This document shows positions 9,310 to 14,285 of a DNA stretch of 14,285 bases, piece by piece. The stretch is taken from positions 1 through 14,285 of the forward strand of contig NW_003314541.1 in NCBI RefSeq assembly GCF_000143415.4. Reading direction: 5' to 3'. The notes beneath the pieces are model-generated. The model was given only the letters and a program-made list of their open reading frames with translations. It was not told the DNA's origin and did no database searches. Every line of letters begins with the position of its first letter. Position 1 is the stretch's first letter. The stretch comes from Selaginella moellendorffii (taxonomy: Eukaryota; Plantae; Lycopodiophyta). Position numbers and translations under genes: made by a program.

Positions 9310-9627
9310 ATGGCAAAGGCAGGGCATAAACGAACTAAGGTGGAGACAGAACCTCTGCCAGAGCTGGAGCCTTCGGTCGAACAAGAGGATATGGATGAGG
9401 AATCCTTGCATGAGGAGGACTCCAGTGAGGAAACTTCCAAACAGGAGTCTGGTGGTGAGGTTCGGTCGTCCAAGGCTCGATTGGACGTTCTAGAAGGACA
9501 ATTGGCACAAACCAATGCCCTACTAGAGACTCTCGTACGCAAGCTAAAGCATGACGAGAAGCGGAAGAAAAAGCGAAAGACTGTGGATGCTGGCAGCGCA
9601 GAAGGTGCGGACCCTTCAGTAGGGACT
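9310..9627 (+). pseudogene. Probable Gag N-terminus of element B, interrupted by element C
   Basis: First long ATG-initiated ORF after the PBS. It has an acidic tract, a coiled-coil-like stretch (RLDVLEGQLAQTNALLETLVRKL) and basic KRKKKRK. The ORF stops shortly after entering LTR C. No diagnostic gag motif is reached. Confidence 0.55.
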
Positions 9628-11383
9628 TGTGAGACACAAAATCCCTAGGCCCCAAAGTGGAGCCGGAAGGGTGCCATGTGGTGGTGGCCAAAGCGAAAAC
9701 TAAATGAGCGTAACACGTTTGGACTAAAAGCTTCGACTTGAAAAGGCTGAGAGTGGGAGTGGAACTCCCAACGAAGTGCTTGAGGAATGAGCACAAAGCA
9801 AGCAAAAAGCGAGGCTCCAAAAAGGGACCCAAAAGGACCAACACATGACACGTGGAAGTGGAGTCCGAGAAGGACCCTGAGATGGAGTCCAAGGTGGAGT
9901 CCGAGGTGGACCCAAGATGGAGTCCGAGATGGATCCGAGATTGAGTCCGAGACAGACCCGAGATGGAGTCTAAGATGGACCCGAGATGGAGTCCGAGATG
10001 GAGTCCGAGGTGGAGTCCGAGGTGGAGTCCGAGGTGGACCCGAGATGGACCCGAAATGGAGTCCGAAATGGAGTCTAAGCTGGAGTCTAAGGTGGAGTCT
10101 GAAGTGGAGTCCGAGGTGGACCCGAGATGGACCCGACATGGAGTCCGAGATGGAGTCCAAGATGGACCCGAGATGGAGTCCAAGATGGACCCGAGATGGA
10201 CATGAGATGGAGTCCGAGATGGAGTCCGAGATGGAGTCCGAGATGGACCTGAGATGGAGTCCGAGATGGACCCAAGATGGAGTCCGAAGTTGAGACCAAG
10301 ACCGAGACCGAGATCGAGACCGAGGCCGAGGCCGAGACCGAGCCCAAGCCCGAGTCCGAGTCCAAGTCCGAGTCCGAGTCCGAGTCCAAGTCCGAGTTTG
10401 AGTCTGAGAGGGTGAAAGCCCAAAGCGTTCGTCTCCCAGACCTTGGGGGGTTTGGTGAGCTCCAAAAGTATAGTAGGGGGAGGACTGCAGTGAAGCTAGT
10501 TTGGCCAGAAAAGGCCAGTTTGGCCCAGGAAGGCCATACCCAGTGTTGGGTGATGAGCTGACCACTGGGAAATCCAAGACTAGAGTGAACACAGACCGAC
10601 AATTGGGGTAACTTGGTGAAGTGTTCAAGAGCCGACTCTAGTTCCCTCGGGAGATCGACTGGCCGATACTCCCAGTCCAGGTGTGGGTGGCACTACCTAC
10701 TTGGATACCTGGTGTGGCTCAACGGAACCTCACTCTAAGCCCAAGAAGGCGAGGAGAGTACCCACGAGGCTCGCGTAGGGCCACGGTGTTCCGAAATGTT
10801 GCCCCAAAGTCCCAGACTATGGAAAGGAAGAGGAGTAGCCCTCTAGTGTGGTGACAAGGGATACAGTCACACTGTGAAGAAGTCCCAGAGGACTGTTGGA
10901 CTTAGTGGTCGGGCCTGTGGGCCTTGATCCAGTGGCAGTGTTGGTGAACACGGCCATGGACAGGAAGGGACTTGGTGGGGACCGAAAAGGAAATATTGGG
11001 GAAGGCTATTCCCCATGTCTGCAGGCATCTTGAGGATGCTATAGAGTGGATCTGGGATAGCCACTCATGGATGGATGGCCTAGTCTTTGAGAGACGGGAT
11101 TGTAATACAGGTGGTGTTGAACCACTGGGGTGACCAAGGTGAATGGGCATGGCCTTAGCGTAACGGGCCGATATGTCGGTGGTACCTTAGGGTGCTGGTC
11201 ATAGGATCGGACATGTGGAGCACTTGGACCAAGTGCAAAGGTGGAGTGGCATGGATGCCATTCTCGGGGCTAGCAAGCCCCAAGTCCTAACTGGGACTTA
11301 TGGAGGTTGTGAATGAGACTCCTCCAAGTGGTTGGAGGTGTGGTTAAGTGACTAAAGTAAAATGGAAAAATTAGTTGCTTACA
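9628..11383 (+). repeat. 5' LTR of element C (about 1756 bp), homologous to LTR B
   Basis: TGTGAG...CTTACA. It shares collinear blocks with LTR B: minisatellite, GGGTGAAAGCCCAAAGCGT, CCAAAAGTATAGTAGGG, GTACCCA...GGCCACGGTGTT and the GCTTACA end. The left edge is inferred; predicted TSD is GGACT. Confidence 0.7.
9858..10407. repeat. Minisatellite of mixed 12-bp TGGAGTCCGAGA and 11-bp TGGACCCGAGA units, followed by a GAGACC/GAGTCC hexamer run
   Basis: Directly visible. It explains the low-complexity ORFs on both strands. Confidence 0.95.
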
Positions 11384-11386
11384 ACT

Positions 11387-11398
11387 TGGTATCGGAGC
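11387..11398 (+). promoter_or_regulatory. tRNA-iMet PBS of element C
   Basis: TGGTATCGGAGC, 3 nt after CTTACA. Confidence 0.85.
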
Positions 11399-11499
11399 TG
11401 TTCCTTAGTCCGACTTTTATTGGTGCTCAAGTATATCACCATTGAGGTTAGCATCGGAAGGTCTTAGGAGTAGGCCTATCCTTGAGGAGTAGCATGTCG

Positions 11500-13110
11500 A
11501 GAGGACATGACTCTCCACTCAAGTTCACGCGTGAACTTGGGCACAATGTGGTGGATAGAAAAGGGCCAATAATGGAACGACTTTAGGATCTTGGGAATAG
11601 TATAAGGTTTCCTTAGAGAGCTGAGGATGTGATCCAGATGAGCGTTTGACGTAGCAAACGGGCTAACGTAGTTGTGGTAAACAACTATAGTTGGGATCAT
11701 GGGAAAGATGTAGACTCCAAAACAATAAAGGAGTCACAAGATTACCCTCATATAGTTGAGGCTGGTGCTCATAGCTTTGAGACTAGAATTGATGACCATG
11801 GGAGGTCAAATAAAGAAGAGGACACAAGTCCTTGAAATGGTAGCCGAGGTTACCTCTAATAAATGTTGGAACAACCCAAGGAGTTGGGGGTGTACTCAGA
11901 GGATGAGTTGGTATTCTCATCACATGGACAAGTGGTCCTAAGGGGCAAAAGGTTGCCCCAAGAGAACAAATCAAGTGTCGGAGTAACACTTGCAAAGATG
12001 GTCCTTGTGAGCAGGATCTATATACAAGAAGTTGTATTCCAGCGAGTTGATACCTCGAAGACTAAGACCTCGCAGGTCGTTGGATTAGCAAAGTCTAAAA
12101 TGCTGGATGACTCAAGTGGAGTCAGGGAATGGTCCTAAGAGATTGGTTGAAGCATTTGGACAGAGGTGTATGGTGCCCCATGAGGTATGGGGAGGATCAT
12201 AAGATCCAAGTATAAGAACAGTGAGTATCTTATTGATGGCGGAATGTGCCATATTAAAGTCGTGGGAAAGATGTTCCCAGAAGAAAGCAACTTTGGCCCA
12301 GAGTTGGGTGCAAACACTATGGTGCGGTGCTAATGGATAGTTAGCATGAGAAACAACTATATTGGTCTTGGCAAAAACCTAAACACTAATAAGTAGTGTT
12401 ATAAGGATAGGCTCGTGGAGCCGATGGTGTGGAGACACCGAAGGTGCCAAGGCGTGCTGCCTTGAGGTCAAGTTGGCAGGTTCATGAGAACCCCGTCCAA
12501 AGAAATCCCAATGGAAATGGGAATGGCATAGCCTAAGCTAAAAAGCATGTGGTTAGAGTGTGGTGACCCAGATAATGATGGAGGTGTGGAAACACCAACA
12601 ATGAGTTGTAGGACTTGACAACTATAAGGCAATTAAGCAAAAGGTGCAAAATAATTCATTAAACGGGTAGAAGGCAACTACCTAAGACTTCTTATTGGGA
12701 TAAAGAAGTTAGATATACCCTTATGAGGGATAAATTGCTTATGCTGCGAAATAGTAGATCAATGTCATAAAGGGAATGCTCATTGCCAAAGAGGCCATCA
12801 TTGGGACACCCAAGCACTCTAGAACACTAGAAGGTGGTGTTTGGTGTCATGAGGGCAATGGATAATGCCCAAGGGACAAAGTCCCTAGTTAATGAAGGAT
12901 AGGAAGTGCTATCCAAATGTCCAAGGTTGTGGAGACGGGAGAAGTCTGTCTACCCAAATTGGACAAAGCCAAAAAGGGATTTTGGCAAGGCTAGTGATGG
13001 GTATATAAAGGCCCATAGGTAGCAACAGTAATCCCAGTATGTGGGATTACAAGGTGAGTATACCCAAATTGAGGAATCACTCTCTAGGCTGTTGGGTAGG
13101 TTCATCCCTA
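11500..13110 (+). pseudogene. Heavily eroded gag-protease-RT N-terminus remnants
   Basis: Fragments in shifting frames: LGTMWW / WNDFR / LT*LW*TTIV (gag); YLIDGGMCHI (~12226-12255), GANG and MGMA* (protease); GYI-RP, MWDYK and IEESLSRLLG (RT start, ~13000-13100). The matches are individually weak but in the expected order. Confidence 0.5.
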
Positions 13111-13239
13111 TAAATACTTGCCAAGGCATGATAGAAAGTGCAAAGCTATCCTCCTAGTCTAGAGGAGAATGACTGAAGGAAAGGTGTGAAGCCAAAAGCA
13201 AGTAGTAAAGGGATAGAACCAAACCATAGGAATTGACAG

Positions 13240-14285
13240 GCATGACCAAGGGTGGTTATGCAAGTTGGGAGTGGAGAATCAAGTGGGCACTCAAGCATGT
13301 TGTTACTAGCAACTGGGATGCCATGGAGAGTCAAAAACATGGGATTGTCCATGTTAGACTATATGGTAATTGAAGAGCTTGCGAATGGAAAGACCTTAGC
13401 AAGCTAAGGAACAAAGTTCCTTGAACGTTCCCCTAGGTAGATAAGTACCTAGACATCCAAGTGTAAATAGTTTATAGAGTGCGCGAAATCAGAGTGGCGC
13501 AGCAGAAGCGTGGCCTTGAAGCTTGCCAAGAGGCGAGGCTATCAAGGTTAGGGAAGTAGTTCCCGAGTGTTTACAGAGAGGGCTTTGAATGAAAATCGAT
13601 GGTTAAGGATTTTCACGCTTATGCATGAACCATGTTACAATGGTCGGATGACTTGCTAAGTGAGATTGGCAAGTCAGGGGAACGAATACCCTAGTTGAAG
13701 GAGCCAACTTCAAAAGGGGTGGCCCATGGGGCCAAGCATGGAGGAGTTCATGCATGATCACAGACTGGTCAAGTGAGAAGACTTGGCAGTGCGGAGGAAC
13801 TAGGTTCCTAAGCGGTGATCTGTAGCGCGCTTTAAAAAATAAGTTGGTGCACTGGCGTGGAGAGTCACGCCAGGCATCCTATGTGATGCCGTCCGTAGAT
13901 GCATATACGGAGGTTGGGTTCGAGTCCCAACCCTTTAGTACTTGGGTTCGAGTCCCAAATCACTAGGGCATAGTGATGGTTTGGAAAATGAGGACACTCA
14001 TTTTTCGGTGGTCATGGACTCTTAGTGAGGAGACTGGTTTGGGCACACCGCCAAGCGAGGGATGCCTCGGAGTCATGATGCACGGTTAGATTTCTTAGTG
14101 TGAAAGCTCGGCATATCTAACTTGAACGCTTTGGTGCAAGTGGCACCAAGGACGCGGTGAGTGAGATGGGGACACCTAATCTCAGTTGCTATGAACCCTT
14201 GGCCGTAAGGGCTGGCTTGGGTGCACCGCCAAGTGTGGGGGATGCCCCCGGGGTTATGGTCAACAACTTGAAGGTCTAGAAGACC
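13240..14285 (+). ncRNA. Candidate large structured RNA region: dense hairpin and multibranch array
   Basis: More than 20 inverted-repeat stems. Mismatches mostly resolve as G-U on the + strand, there are long-range closing stems, and no ORF lies beyond 13352. Confidence 0.7.
13488..13513 (+). other. 5' fragment of plant initiator tRNA-Met (sense orientation); not a complete tRNA gene
   Basis: ATCAGAGTGGCGCAGCAGAAGCGTGG matches 25/26 to the recalled plant tRNA-iMet 5' end ATCAGAGTGGCGCAGCGGAAGCGTGG. The anticodon arm and 3' half are absent. Confidence 0.8.

Larger units (their letters stand above)
9628..14285 (+). mobile_element. Element C: probably non-autonomous gypsy derivative, extending beyond the window
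   Basis: LTR, tRNA-iMet PBS, eroded gag/PR/RT remnants and a structured non-coding region. The 3' LTR is not in the window. Confidence 0.7.

Noticed and set aside
9335-10628. Long ORFs of 376, 327, 171 and 168 aa (LGLG, SRTP, WSPR repeats)
   Set aside because: They are by-products of the stop-poor minisatellite in LTR C and are open in several frames on both strands.
13488-13958. Complete tRNA gene or SINE head
   Set aside because: There is no anticodon arm or acceptor 3' strand, the A-box to B-box distance is about 400 nt, and the T-loops are of elongator rather than initiator type.
13240-14285. Hammerhead ribozyme (retrozyme) or miRNA precursor
   Set aside because: No CTGANGA...GAAA core was found in a suitable junction, and the stems are too short for a pre-miRNA.

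Overview
This is eukaryotic, plant-type repetitive DNA with no host gene; it is a nest of Ty3/gypsy LTR retrotransposons. (A) A young full-length Tcn1/Tf1-like chromovirus occupies 1788-7333. It has 360-bp LTRs differing at 7 positions, a CTAGG target-site duplication, a self-priming-type PBS, a G-GGA-AAC -1 frameshift cassette and a PR-RT-RH-IN-chromodomain pol, with two in-frame TAG lesions. It is inserted in an old decayed gag. (B) A second family begins with an LTR at 8186-9250, a tRNA-iMet PBS and a Gag N-terminus, and interrupts a minus-strand RT relic. (C) A related element is nested in B's gag, with an LTR at about 9628-11383, a tRNA-iMet PBS and eroded gag/PR/RT remnants. The most unusual part is about 13240-14285 inside element C. 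It is a roughly 1-kb, CpG-retaining array of back-to-back hairpins and multibranch domains. It carries the 5' 26 nt of plant initiator tRNA-Met, two perfect tRNA T-arms and a duplicated cloverleaf-like module with compensatory base changes. It is a candidate large structured, tRNA-mimicking RNA carried by a non-autonomous retrotransposon. All pairings and counts were done by eye.
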